From a virus: 64,000 nt of DNA. The position numbers and the translations under genes were made by a program. Positions within the stretch are counted from its first letter, which is position 1, and each line of letters begins with the position of its first letter. The stretch spans positions 32,001-96,000 of IMG/VR virus record IMGVR_UViG_3300030109_005647; one strand, 5' to 3'. Under the pieces are notes generated by a model. That model did not search any database. It was not told the DNA's origin and saw only the letters and a list, made by a program, of their open reading frames with translations. Positions 37,501-46,157 of this stretch are shown here, piece by piece.

Positions 37501-37684
37501 ACATTTTTACAAACTCAGGAGAGATGTTTGTCTTGGAGTGTGCGATATCTCCACAATGAATAATATAATCTACCTTTTCTTCGCGTAAGTGCTCGTAAAG
37601 TTTAGAGAAAACCTCACGATACTCTGTGTGATATTTCAGATTTTTTATGTGCGTATCCGCGATATGGGCGATTTTATAACTCAT
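34526..37684 (-). CDS. fused SbcD(Mre11/gp47)-SbcC(Rad50/gp46) nuclease-ATPase
   Basis: Metallophosphoesterase motifs ADTH, GD, GNHD, HG, GDIH; then Walker A GKNFSGKS, coiled coil, ILDEP and LISH. Confidence 0.9.
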   Translation of the reverse strand: MSYKIAHIADTHIKNLKYHTEYREVFSKLYEHLREEKVDYIIHCGDIAHSKTNISPEFVKMCSEFLSGLSSVAPTYIILGNHDGNLKNSSREDAITPIVEALDLPNLFLLKNSGEVKINEEICLNVLSVFDRDNWRDPTDYNVINIGLYHGSISNCRTDVGWTMQHGENEISIFDEFDYAFLGDIHKTNQALDDAGKIRYPGSTVQQNFGETNDKGFLIWDIQDKENFTVKHVVIPNPKPFVTINLTRTGRLPKNTDCPLGARIRLVSENSLPVSTMRRAIDAAKHRFKPESIGYLNRSAGQRGSVEDLATDDVEDNLRDVTVQEKLIKEYLKDFEATDEQLEAVYELNRKCNTALAEKEDVQRNINWNLRSMQWNNLFNYGEDNSINFDKLNGIIGIFGKNFSGKSSVVDSMLYTIFNSTSKNERKNLNIINQNKEEALGSVTIDVGPKSYTIERKSEKYIKKLRGDETVEAKTDILFKVKDIVTEEETILNGTTRNETDAIIRNHFGNVDDFLMTSMSSQIDSLRFINDGSTKRKEALAKFLDLQFFEKKYKLIKDEATDLRGALRKAEDIDYDSEIYEIEKQMMFSENNIQEQNQTCEKLNGELMSLQMDKKDLETKISSIPAEVINIDEVLQKKTKQEQNIQTYNTSVSQCDIILAEKKELLDKIGKFEESFDIVSVKNQKDEIDEKLLKISNLLMELENAENLKKLNEKKVKLLGDVPCGDKFKSCKFIKDAHASKETLVDLVGQVQSINEQKHKAESLLNKTDEEKINSHLEKYKKLMEKRREAEKVVLKTDLEKGKWENSILTAQNEVQKLNLLINDYNKNKDLIENKELFTLELAKVAKALLTKQKDIKCCQDELLKLHRENGSLAQKVKTLQEKKEWLHNLQNEMTAFDLLMKCMHPNGIAYDIIKKKLPIINDEMSRILANVVDFEIFFEAEEKRLNIFIKHPKYDRRPIEMGSGAEKTLAAMAIRLALLSVSSLPKSNVFILDEPGTALDAENMDGFISILELIKTYFKTVILISHLDHLKDCVDQQITIDKKEGFAHIMI

Positions 37685-38600
37685 TCATGCTCCAATAAAT
37701 ATTAAAAATACTTTCTAAATTAATTTGCGATGCATCTGATTTCAACTCTTCTGCCTCTGTTTTTGTTATGGAACCGATATCATCTATTTCTGAAGTATCT
37801 AGCTTGTATACGTCTAGTCCGTATTCTAATAACAGAGATATAATTTTCATTGACTTATTTAATGCATCTTCGTCCAAGCCAATATAAACTTTTGTTTGTT
37901 TTTCTACAATCTTTTTAAATAACTTTGTCGTTTCCTTCAAGGTTGAACCAAGAATGGGAATAGAGTTTTTCATTTTGATAGAATCAAACGGACCCTCTAC
38001 AAGAGTTATCGGTTTGTTCCAATCAATCAAAAGATCATTAAAAATAATATTTTTTGACGCTGGTGGATTTTTATAAGACAGCCAATCACCGCTATAAGAC
38101 CGTGCTGTAAAATAATTACAATTACCCTCATCGTCAAAGGACGGTATTATTATACGCTTTTTATACTTACCTGTCAAGCAAAATCCTATCTTATGATATA
38201 ATATATCTTTTTGTCCTATACCTCTGGACCATAAGTAAGATATAGCTTCGTCAGCAGCAGGGGGCAAACCTTTCTTTGCTAGACACATATATTCTGGTGG
38301 GATATCCACAGGTTGCAACTTTTCTTCTGGCTGATTAAAAATCAAGTCCATTGTGGAAAAGTCGACCTCTTGATCTAGCAGAGCCCAATCATGACGGTCA
38401 TCAATTGATCCAAAGCGTTTTATGAGATAGGATATCGCGCCTTTTGTATCGCAAACCCAACATTTAAAAAAACCTTTGGTCACATTGACTGACAGTTTCT
38501 TTTTGTGGTGTTTACAAAAGGGGCAATGATGGAGTGTCTCGTCTCTTGAGTCATATCCAGATCCAAGGACTTCTTTTAGAATAGTTTTTTTATTTCTCAT
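37674..38600 (-). CDS. dnaG: DNA primase (zinc finger + TOPRIM)
   Basis: CPFC..H...CWVC zinc finger, RIIIPS, LVEGPFD, GLDEDA. Confidence 0.85.
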   Translation of the reverse strand: MRNKKTILKEVLGSGYDSRDETLHHCPFCKHHKKKLSVNVTKGFFKCWVCDTKGAISYLIKRFGSIDDRHDWALLDQEVDFSTMDLIFNQPEEKLQPVDIPPEYMCLAKKGLPPAADEAISYLWSRGIGQKDILYHKIGFCLTGKYKKRIIIPSFDDEGNCNYFTARSYSGDWLSYKNPPASKNIIFNDLLIDWNKPITLVEGPFDSIKMKNSIPILGSTLKETTKLFKKIVEKQTKVYIGLDEDALNKSMKIISLLLEYGLDVYKLDTSEIDDIGSITKTEAEELKSDASQINLESIFNIYWSMNEL

Positions 38601-39058
38601 TTAGAATGTTTGTCTGCGACTACTGAAGCTGCAAAAGAATCAGGCTTGATCTTACAAGCGAATCCAGATCCAACTGCGTAGCCTACTAGCATTTTAGCCA
38701 TAGGTGAGGTTCTATTATTACATTCTTCTGGTGAAATGTCAATATGTATTTCTACATTTGTTGTTGGGCATAATTCTGTTATCTTCATTGCCATATTTAT
38801 TGACTTCTCAGCTTCCTTAAGAATGCGGTTGTAAAATCTATCAGGGTCATTATACTTTTCTATTTTATAAAAGTAAAGACCTCCTTTTTGATTTTGGGCA
38901 CCAACAAGGACGATAGTGGTTGTAAATGTGCATTTTCCCGTTTTTACATGAGAATCTGTTCCTACAATAACCTGTCCTTTGTTTTTATTATGAGTTTTTA
39001 TTTTTTGTGTGATATCGAAAAAGTTAATGGATTTACCTGCACCGGTAGTCCAGTTCAT
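38597..39058 (-). CDS. RNase H-like YkuK-family protein
   Basis: VIVGTDSH, RILKEAEKS, EIHIDI, KIKPDSFAASVVADK. Confidence 0.75.
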   Translation of the reverse strand: MNWTTGAGKSINFFDITQKIKTHNKNKGQVIVGTDSHVKTGKCTFTTTIVLVGAQNQKGGLYFYKIEKYNDPDRFYNRILKEAEKSINMAMKITELCPTTNVEIHIDISPEECNNRTSPMAKMLVGYAVGSGFACKIKPDSFAASVVADKHSK

Positions 39059-39567
39059 TTTAGCCCTGCCTTTGCTACTACTATTGCATCAGCAATATCA
39101 AAGTATTTTGGTCTAGGATTACCTTTGTGTGTATATTCTACACTAAAGTCAGGGTAGTTGTCAAGCACCCATTGTAGGATTTGTTTTTTTGTATCTTTAC
39201 CCTTTTGAACCTTTATTTCGTTAAGTTTTCGTGCTTGCTGGGCAGTAAAGTAGGTTGGTTGATGCTTGAACGTCTCATAACATATCCACGACACTGTGCC
39301 ATTAAACTTTTGCAATGCTGCCATAGTTTTTGCTGTAGAGCCTCCAGAACCAAAAAACATAAAAGGTTTCTCTATAAATACCTTCTGGATGGGGTATTGT
39401 GCTTTTAGTTCTTGTAGTCCGTCTTTAACGTGTTGAATTTTATCAAAAAATGTTTCAAACTTATTTTTATTTCTTGTGTCCCAAACGCCAGAGCGGATTA
39501 TTTCACCTTCCCCGTCTAAGATACAAAACCCAGTTATACTGGTGCTTATATCTAATCCTAAAATCAT
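39055..39567 (-). CDS. ruvC: RuvC-like Holliday junction resolvase
   Basis: ILGLDISTSITG, VFIEKP, DIADAIVVA catalytic pattern. Confidence 0.8.
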   Translation of the reverse strand: MILGLDISTSITGFCILDGEGEIIRSGVWDTRNKNKFETFFDKIQHVKDGLQELKAQYPIQKVFIEKPFMFFGSGGSTAKTMAALQKFNGTVSWICYETFKHQPTYFTAQQARKLNEIKVQKGKDTKKQILQWVLDNYPDFSVEYTHKGNPRPKYFDIADAIVVAKAGLK

Positions 39568-39581
39568 TGTAGTTATTTCCT

Positions 39582-40787
39582 TTAAATGTCTAGTTTTAAT
39601 CTAAACGTGTAGTCTATATCTTCTTTCTTTTTAACTGGTTTCGATAGGTTTGCTATAGCAATAAGATTTTTGTTTTCGTCGTAAATGCCCACTTTACTAA
39701 TAAATGTTTGCGGTTTAAATTCTTCATTGTAGTCATGAAAAGAGGAGCTTATGGTGTTTTTTACCCCAACTGTATTATTTTGAAAATAGCCGCCTGCGCC
39801 AGAACTTGGAGATTTATCATCGTTATACTTTACATATGTTGGATTTGGAGAGAAATTTAGATCTCCCAGTGGGGCATCGCAATTCATAGTTATTGTATTT
39901 ATGTAATTTGTGCCTTGAAAGTTTAATGCAAAACTCGCAGAAGGTGTTATGTCCGCTGGAGCAAGACCGTCATTTGCACCAGCACAAAAATCTCTCCAGC
40001 TACCTCGTCTCGTGCCAATGCCAAAATCAAAGTTATCTTCAGTTAGATTCCAACTACCTGTCAATAAGATAAAACCTTCATTGTATAGAACCACACCGGC
40101 AACTTTATCAGCACCATTTGCTTGAGCAAAAGCAGTGCCACTAGTTTGTATTAGTTCACCATTACGATAAATATCCTCACAACGTGAAACCAAAGTTCCT
40201 GATATGTAAAAATCTAATTTAACAGAATTTCTACGAATCTCTGAACTATAGAAAATACTAGGTATACTTATCAAGGTAACATTTTGTGATTCCTTGTCTC
40301 CCAATGATGAAGAAAACGCATAATGATTACTTACTGGCTTGTAATAGTTTAAAGTATTTTTTAAAGCCAACAAGTGAGAACCTGTCGGATTCGTTGCCGA
40401 CTCAAACGTTTCTCTCACAATTGAAGAAGAAAGTGGATAACTACCTGTTATTATATCACCATATAGGAATTGATTAAAGGCATTATCACTAATTGTGGCA
40501 AAAGAGTTCAAAGAAGAGTCTTTTGTTATAAAAGGAAAGATCCTTGCTTTTACTCCGGCATCAGTGTCTGGGTCATATGTGTGGTCTGCGAGATTTCTAT
40601 CTACGTTTAATTCGTATAGACTAACATGCCCAACTGGTACATTAGTAACATTATTGGTATTTGCACCAATTATTTTATTTTTATTGTTATAATAGATTTC
40701 CGCATTATTAACAAAAAATACATTGTCTGGATAGGTTTTGATCCTATTCTTCAATACATCTTTTGGACCAAACTTATAATAAGACAT
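39582..40787 (-). CDS. baseplate/tail structural protein
   Basis: C-terminal FISKVGIYDENKNLIAIANLSKPVKK is shared with the next gene. Confidence 0.65.
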   Translation of the reverse strand: MSYYKFGPKDVLKNRIKTYPDNVFFVNNAEIYYNNKNKIIGANTNNVTNVPVGHVSLYELNVDRNLADHTYDPDTDAGVKARIFPFITKDSSLNSFATISDNAFNQFLYGDIITGSYPLSSSIVRETFESATNPTGSHLLALKNTLNYYKPVSNHYAFSSSLGDKESQNVTLISIPSIFYSSEIRRNSVKLDFYISGTLVSRCEDIYRNGELIQTSGTAFAQANGADKVAGVVLYNEGFILLTGSWNLTEDNFDFGIGTRRGSWRDFCAGANDGLAPADITPSASFALNFQGTNYINTITMNCDAPLGDLNFSPNPTYVKYNDDKSPSSGAGGYFQNNTVGVKNTISSSFHDYNEEFKPQTFISKVGIYDENKNLIAIANLSKPVKKKEDIDYTFRLKLDI

Positions 40788-40788
40788 T

Positions 40789-41871
40789 TTAGTAGTCTAA
40801 TCTAACCCTCAACGTTATTTCGTTTGAAGGAGTCTTCTTAAGAGGCTCTGACAATTTGGCAACAGCTAGAAGCTCATTGTCAGCAGAATAAAGACCTACA
40901 GTTGTAATATACGAAACTGGTTCGGCTTTTGGATTATCATTTTTTACTCTAATCTTGCTAGCAGTTAAGTAAGTCGGATTGGCACTGTAGTTATAATCTT
41001 GCGTGTTGGCACGACAGAAATAAATAGTTGAGTTAAGCTCTGTTGTGTTGTTGAAGTCAAGATTATCATAAGCGTAACGGAAGCCATTAGCTACTGAGTT
41101 TATAGTGGAACCAGTTAATCTGTTGTCTACAGGTCTTTGAGTTCCAGCCAACTCTGCTCCAGTCGGAGCGCGACCATCAGCAACAGTTGGATCACCAAAA
41201 GCGCCGGTAAAGTAAGATGCGGTTATAACAGCAATTCCTGCTTGGTAATAAACGTGTCCAACAACAGTTTCCGATGTTGCATTAAGCTTAAGTAAACCAT
41301 ATTCTCCCGCTGGTGAGTTGACTTTGTAGTCTGTAGCTGCGCCATAATCACCAATTGTGTTTAATTGATCGCGGACGTTAGAATTTCTTGAATCACTTGA
41401 AGTGGCATACAACTTTAATCTAAAAGAGTTTTTCTTAATTTCGTCTTTTGTAAGCAATCGACTAAAGTTTACAAAGAAGCACTCTCGCATTTTTTCTCCA
41501 CCTGCTGCGATATTACCATCCAAATCAAACTCTTGAATTGACCCAGTGGCATCATACCCATAAAGCACTTGAGCATGTTGGTTGTAGATATTGATCTTCT
41601 TAGCATTTTGTGTATTTGACGCTGCAGAAAGTGGACTTTTCGCTGAGTAGCCCGCAGATATATCAAAAATGTGATTTGCAGAGGAGCTTAGATAGGGGTA
41701 GTCAAACACAGCTTCAAACATTCCGTGGGCGAAAGTTTTAATATTAGTTTCACTACCAGCCTCTTTATATGTACCAGAAACAATGGTACCAGTAATTGGA
41801 ATTGCCTCGTGAAGAAGTGTTCTTGTGTTTGCGATATCGCTATTAACTAAAGTTTTAAATGTAGTAGCCAT
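40789..41871 (-). CDS. baseplate/tail structural protein (paralog of the downstream gene)
   Basis: C-terminal YITTVGLYSADNELLAVAKLSEPLKK. Confidence 0.65.
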   Translation of the reverse strand: MATTFKTLVNSDIANTRTLLHEAIPITGTIVSGTYKEAGSETNIKTFAHGMFEAVFDYPYLSSSANHIFDISAGYSAKSPLSAASNTQNAKKINIYNQHAQVLYGYDATGSIQEFDLDGNIAAGGEKMRECFFVNFSRLLTKDEIKKNSFRLKLYATSSDSRNSNVRDQLNTIGDYGAATDYKVNSPAGEYGLLKLNATSETVVGHVYYQAGIAVITASYFTGAFGDPTVADGRAPTGAELAGTQRPVDNRLTGSTINSVANGFRYAYDNLDFNNTTELNSTIYFCRANTQDYNYSANPTYLTASKIRVKNDNPKAEPVSYITTVGLYSADNELLAVAKLSEPLKKTPSNEITLRVRLDY

Positions 41872-41883
41872 TTATTTTTCCTT

Positions 41884-42828
41884 TTAATCCTGTATCTTGA
41901 GAATTCTAAGCGGTACATCCACCCTGTAACCCGTTGTAACCCCTGTTATTCTAACTGTTGTATCAATAAATAAGAATGTGCTGCCGCCAGAGGCAACACT
42001 AGAACCTAGAGTGTTAAATAAGAAATCAGATGAAACAACATCGGTTGCTGCTTGAAGACCTATTTTGAGTCTGTTGCCGCGTGGACCTTGAATATTGTCA
42101 TCTCTCTCCTGATCTGCAGCAGCGTCTGTATTATCCAAATTGTTCATCGATTTAATGTACTGACCAGTGTTTTGAGTTATATAATATGATGCTATTTGAT
42201 CATCATCAATAAATGATGGGTTTGCAACTGCGCCGTTACCCATAGTGTCATATACTTTTGCGAATCTAGAATCTATTTCAATTAAATATTGAGTCTCTTT
42301 TAGTTCTGGATCTAGTGTCAACGTAGGAGAAACTTGATTTGTATCTAAGCCTTGATCGATTCGAATATGGTGTGCAGTGAGTGGAGTGTTATATCCCTGC
42401 AAAAATCCATTATTTCCAAGCGATACTGCTGATGCATTGGCAGTGTCACTATCAACAACCAGAACATATGTACCAGAATGCATAAACGAAGTTGAAGTAG
42501 CTGTAGGTTTTCCATCTGCTGCTAGTTGATTTATTTTTAGCACAGGCAAATAAAGTAAATTATTGTTTGTTAAACTTATCAATTTAGATTTCATATTCGA
42601 GGTATTGTTTGTAAACGCCTCAAACACCGGTGTTTGTAATATCTCCAAATCATAATATGCTGACCCTGATGGGTGGTTTCCATTATAAGAGGAATAATCA
42701 ATCTCATCATCACCAAATGCAAATTTTGTAATCTTAAATGAACCGTCACCTCTCGCCAAACGTAGACGACCAGTATCGGTTAAAACCGCGTCTAAAATTA
42801 TATCACCTGAATTGTCTAAGAAAGCCAT
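41884..42828 (-). CDS. baseplate/tail structural protein
   Basis: MAFLDNSGDIILDAVLTDTGRLRLARG..FKITKFAFGDDEIDY; late motif and GAGGAG SD upstream. Confidence 0.65.
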   Translation of the reverse strand: MAFLDNSGDIILDAVLTDTGRLRLARGDGSFKITKFAFGDDEIDYSSYNGNHPSGSAYYDLEILQTPVFEAFTNNTSNMKSKLISLTNNNLLYLPVLKINQLAADGKPTATSTSFMHSGTYVLVVDSDTANASAVSLGNNGFLQGYNTPLTAHHIRIDQGLDTNQVSPTLTLDPELKETQYLIEIDSRFAKVYDTMGNGAVANPSFIDDDQIASYYITQNTGQYIKSMNNLDNTDAAADQERDDNIQGPRGNRLKIGLQAATDVVSSDFLFNTLGSSVASGGSTFLFIDTTVRITGVTTGYRVDVPLRILKIQD

Positions 42829-42847
42829 ACGTGTTCTCCTCTTTAAC

Positions 42848-42855
42848 TAAATAGT
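42848..42855 (-). promoter_or_regulatory. late-promoter-like motif ACTATTTA
   Basis: Intergenic copy upstream of the SD. Confidence 0.6.
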
Positions 42856-42856
42856 A

Positions 42857-45800
42857 TTATAGATCATTTATGATGTTTTTTGGTGTTTTGACTGTAAAAT
42901 TAATATCTATTTTCTTGCCTGTTTGCTTTGATGTAATTCTTAATTTATATTTTTTACCAAAAACTGTATTTCCACTTGGATCGCCTAGTTCAACCTTTGT
43001 AGAAATAAAATTGCCGGTGCCAGTGCCGGTTTCTTGATTTATCTCAAGATTGTCGTAACGCACTGTGTTTTGTAATTGGCTTGGTTGTATTAGTAAATAC
43101 TTTTCAAAATTCTTAAATGAAGAAAATTTTTCATTATTTTGTTTTTTAATCGTATCTTCTATATCATACACCTCTATTTTTGTATACGGCGCCACTCCTA
43201 TGTTTTGCACAATTTTAATTTTATATATTGAAGAAGGATTAGAAAGTTTATCATGAATGTCTCTAAATCTAAAAGTATAATAGTAATCTACATTTGGAAT
43301 AATTGTATCTTGTAGGCTGGTATTTCCTTGCTCTAAAATATAAGATGTAAGACTGACATCTGTTTGAAAATCCGAGTATGAAGCAGGGGCGTTTAAAACC
43401 CTGTATACCTCATAACTACCGATAGAGTCATCAGACTTAAAGGTTATTTTTTTACCATACTCTACATCTTGCGTTATAGAGGCTAATTTAAAAACCTCTT
43501 CATCGTTTGCAAATATAGGTTTTGGTATTTGTTGCAATTCACCTGTTGACAGCCCAAACAAAAACAATATTTTATCGTTAACATTTCTGTAAGGTATCGC
43601 ATTAACCTGTGGTGGTAACGGTGGCGAATCCTCCACACGAGTGTAATTTAACTCGTCAGTCTCAATATTGACCTCTTTCGTGTTGTAATATGGCACCCTT
43701 ACAAATTGCATGTAAGGTGCTACTTGATATCTTAATCTAAAATGTTTTTTAGACTCATCAGATGCAACATAAGGTGGCACAAAGTTAAGTAAAGTAACAG
43801 CTTTGTTTTCTTCAGGGGTGTCTTTTATCATTTTATACTCTGTCCCAACAACAACCTTGTGAGCAAAGATTTTATAAAAATAATTTTTATATGGTATTAT
43901 TTGTGTATCGTAATAAGAAGTATTTTCTTTTTCGGTTATTGGCAAAAATATGCTTTGTAGATACCGCTCAACGCCGTCAGAGTCAATCTTATACTTGGCT
44001 ATTTCATACATTAAAGTTTCTTGATGAGCTAGCTTACCAGTATTTATATCGTATGGTGATCTTAAAAGCTTTTCTTCAAGTAATAATTCTTCTAGTTGCT
44101 TGTTGTAGACTTCTATTTTCAACTTTTGTATTAGATCTGCCAGTTCGCCTTCTATGTTCATATTGTCATCAGCGTCTTTATACACAAATAGATTCTTTGA
44201 AGTGTTTGAAAATTTAAAAGCCATTGTGTCAAGAAACACATCGGAATCATATGATGGTGTTATGGGCATCAAATCAGGATTAATATTAGCCTGTGGAAGA
44301 AACTGGTCTCTAAAATAGAGCTTGAAGGTTGGAAGATTAACTCCTGAATAGATATTATAATTTGTAGTATCTACACCATTTATTAAAGCGCCATAAAACT
44401 TAGCAAATGTTTTTTGACTATCCTCTGTTACGTTGTTCTCTGAGGTTATGTTTGGAATGGTGACGGATGCTGCGTATGTGTTAACTCCATCCAATAGGTT
44501 ATTTTTTGAAAATAATTTGGCAATTGGTCCTTTAGTTTCATTTGGTATATTGATCTTGACTAGATAAGGAAAAATATTATTTTTATCTAGAGCCTGATTA
44601 AAGATGTCAATTGATTTTTCAGAAAAATATATGCCAGTTTTCATTTGTTGTATCCATCTAGGAACAGTTTGGCTTTTATCGTTTATAAGTTGCAAAGGAA
44701 AATTTTGTTTATCATTTTCCAAAAGAAGCATAAAGTTTTGTTTTGATACATCATTTACATTAGCAGCCTCATTTTTAGGAGCAAGCTGTCCCAGTGTATC
44801 ATCAGTTGGGGATATAGTTTTGGCACCGATTAAGCCATCGTCAGTGACAAAATATTTTTCTTTTACACTTTGAATTGTCTCTATTGGGGAGTCTTCTATC
44901 AAATACTTCTCATACAACTGAGAGTAGTTATCTAGATAATCATTTAAATTAGATAACGTAATGTCCTCAATATCAAAGCTTGGTAAGCCTAAAAAAGTTC
45001 TTATTGACTCTTTTTGAGTCTCTAAAAATAAAAAGTCATATATACTTGGTAAAGATTTTTCATCTACAATAAAGTTTTCTATAATTCCTATCGATACCGG
45101 TTCATACTGCGGATCATAGTAGTTATAAATTTTATCATAAGTTGGCTGCACGGCTGTCTTAACACCTAAAGATTTATTATTTATATTCTCTTTAAGATCC
45201 GTCTTAAAATCATAAGGCACGCCATATTTTGTTGCAGCATTAAATTGCACACCTTGACCATCTAAGGTTTGTAAATTATCAAAGTAAGGTTGAAATATTT
45301 TAGAATTTACTGTAGCTTCAAACGTTTCATCGTTAGCTAATCCAATAGCAGTGTTAAATAAAGGCAGAACTTGATTAAAATCAGCAGTAACATAATCTTT
45401 ACTTGTGTATACAAACTTGCTATTTGTTTTTTTTAAGTCATAATCTAAATCAAACTTCTTTTGCGCATCTACGCTTGTCGGCATAATTTTTTTAAAAAAC
45501 ACATTTAGGCTATATGTCGTGTTGTCGGGAATATTTAATCTGTATTCACCAGTAACTTTTATATTTCTATATTCTATCGTTTTATTATCAAAAACAAATA
45601 TGTTTCTTTGTCTTGGATCGTCACCAGGATCGTTACTAGATACTTTTAAATCAATGTCTAGTTTATTTATATTTGCAGAAGAGTTCTCTACAAACCCATT
45701 TTCTGTCTCAGTTCTTTCAATTGATTGTAGAGAAGATGGAAAGTCAAAAGAATCTGGTCCAAAAACTTGATATTTTACTTGATTTGGCGCTACTAATTCT

Positions 45801-45946
45801 ATTAGTGCCGATACCGCTGTGACATTTTTGAAATCCTCACCCAATACAGCATCTACATCATCTAGACTTGCTGCGGCGGTGGCTCGAATACTGTTTGGAT
45901 TATCAAAAAGATAAATATAGTTTGTGTAGTTGGCACTAGTAAACAC
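42857..45946 (-). CDS. large hypothetical virion-associated protein
   Basis: Over 1000-aa open frame with FN3-like YYYTFR segments; start re-called at GTG 45946 behind GGAGGT. Confidence 0.65.
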   Translation of the reverse strand: MFTSANYTNYIYLFDNPNSIRATAAASLDDVDAVLGEDFKNVTAVSALIELVAPNQVKYQVFGPDSFDFPSSLQSIERTETENGFVENSSANINKLDIDLKVSSNDPGDDPRQRNIFVFDNKTIEYRNIKVTGEYRLNIPDNTTYSLNVFFKKIMPTSVDAQKKFDLDYDLKKTNSKFVYTSKDYVTADFNQVLPLFNTAIGLANDETFEATVNSKIFQPYFDNLQTLDGQGVQFNAATKYGVPYDFKTDLKENINNKSLGVKTAVQPTYDKIYNYYDPQYEPVSIGIIENFIVDEKSLPSIYDFLFLETQKESIRTFLGLPSFDIEDITLSNLNDYLDNYSQLYEKYLIEDSPIETIQSVKEKYFVTDDGLIGAKTISPTDDTLGQLAPKNEAANVNDVSKQNFMLLLENDKQNFPLQLINDKSQTVPRWIQQMKTGIYFSEKSIDIFNQALDKNNIFPYLVKINIPNETKGPIAKLFSKNNLLDGVNTYAASVTIPNITSENNVTEDSQKTFAKFYGALINGVDTTNYNIYSGVNLPTFKLYFRDQFLPQANINPDLMPITPSYDSDVFLDTMAFKFSNTSKNLFVYKDADDNMNIEGELADLIQKLKIEVYNKQLEELLLEEKLLRSPYDINTGKLAHQETLMYEIAKYKIDSDGVERYLQSIFLPITEKENTSYYDTQIIPYKNYFYKIFAHKVVVGTEYKMIKDTPEENKAVTLLNFVPPYVASDESKKHFRLRYQVAPYMQFVRVPYYNTKEVNIETDELNYTRVEDSPPLPPQVNAIPYRNVNDKILFLFGLSTGELQQIPKPIFANDEEVFKLASITQDVEYGKKITFKSDDSIGSYEVYRVLNAPASYSDFQTDVSLTSYILEQGNTSLQDTIIPNVDYYYTFRFRDIHDKLSNPSSIYKIKIVQNIGVAPYTKIEVYDIEDTIKKQNNEKFSSFKNFEKYLLIQPSQLQNTVRYDNLEINQETGTGTGNFISTKVELGDPSGNTVFGKKYKLRITSKQTGKKIDINFTVKTPKNIINDL

Positions 45947-46157
45947 TACTACCACCTCCCGTAAGGTTTTGTGGCACGAGTGGAGTAATCTCATTTACAC
46001 TTAGAGATTCGGCGCTTTGAGGATCCTGAAGTTCACTTGGAAGAGGCTGGTTTTGTTGGTTTTGATCTGTCACCTGAACACCAGAAAAGGTATTAGAGGT
46101 TACGTTTTTTAAGTCTTGTAATATCATATTAAAAGAAGTGTTTACAAAATCTTCCAT
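45936..46157 (-). CDS. small hypothetical protein
   Basis: 73 aa, TAATG-coupled to the upstream gene; Gln/Pro-rich. Confidence 0.5.
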   Translation of the reverse strand: MEDFVNTSFNMILQDLKNVTSNTFSGVQVTDQNQQNQPLPSELQDPQSAESLSVNEITPLVPQNLTGGGSSVY

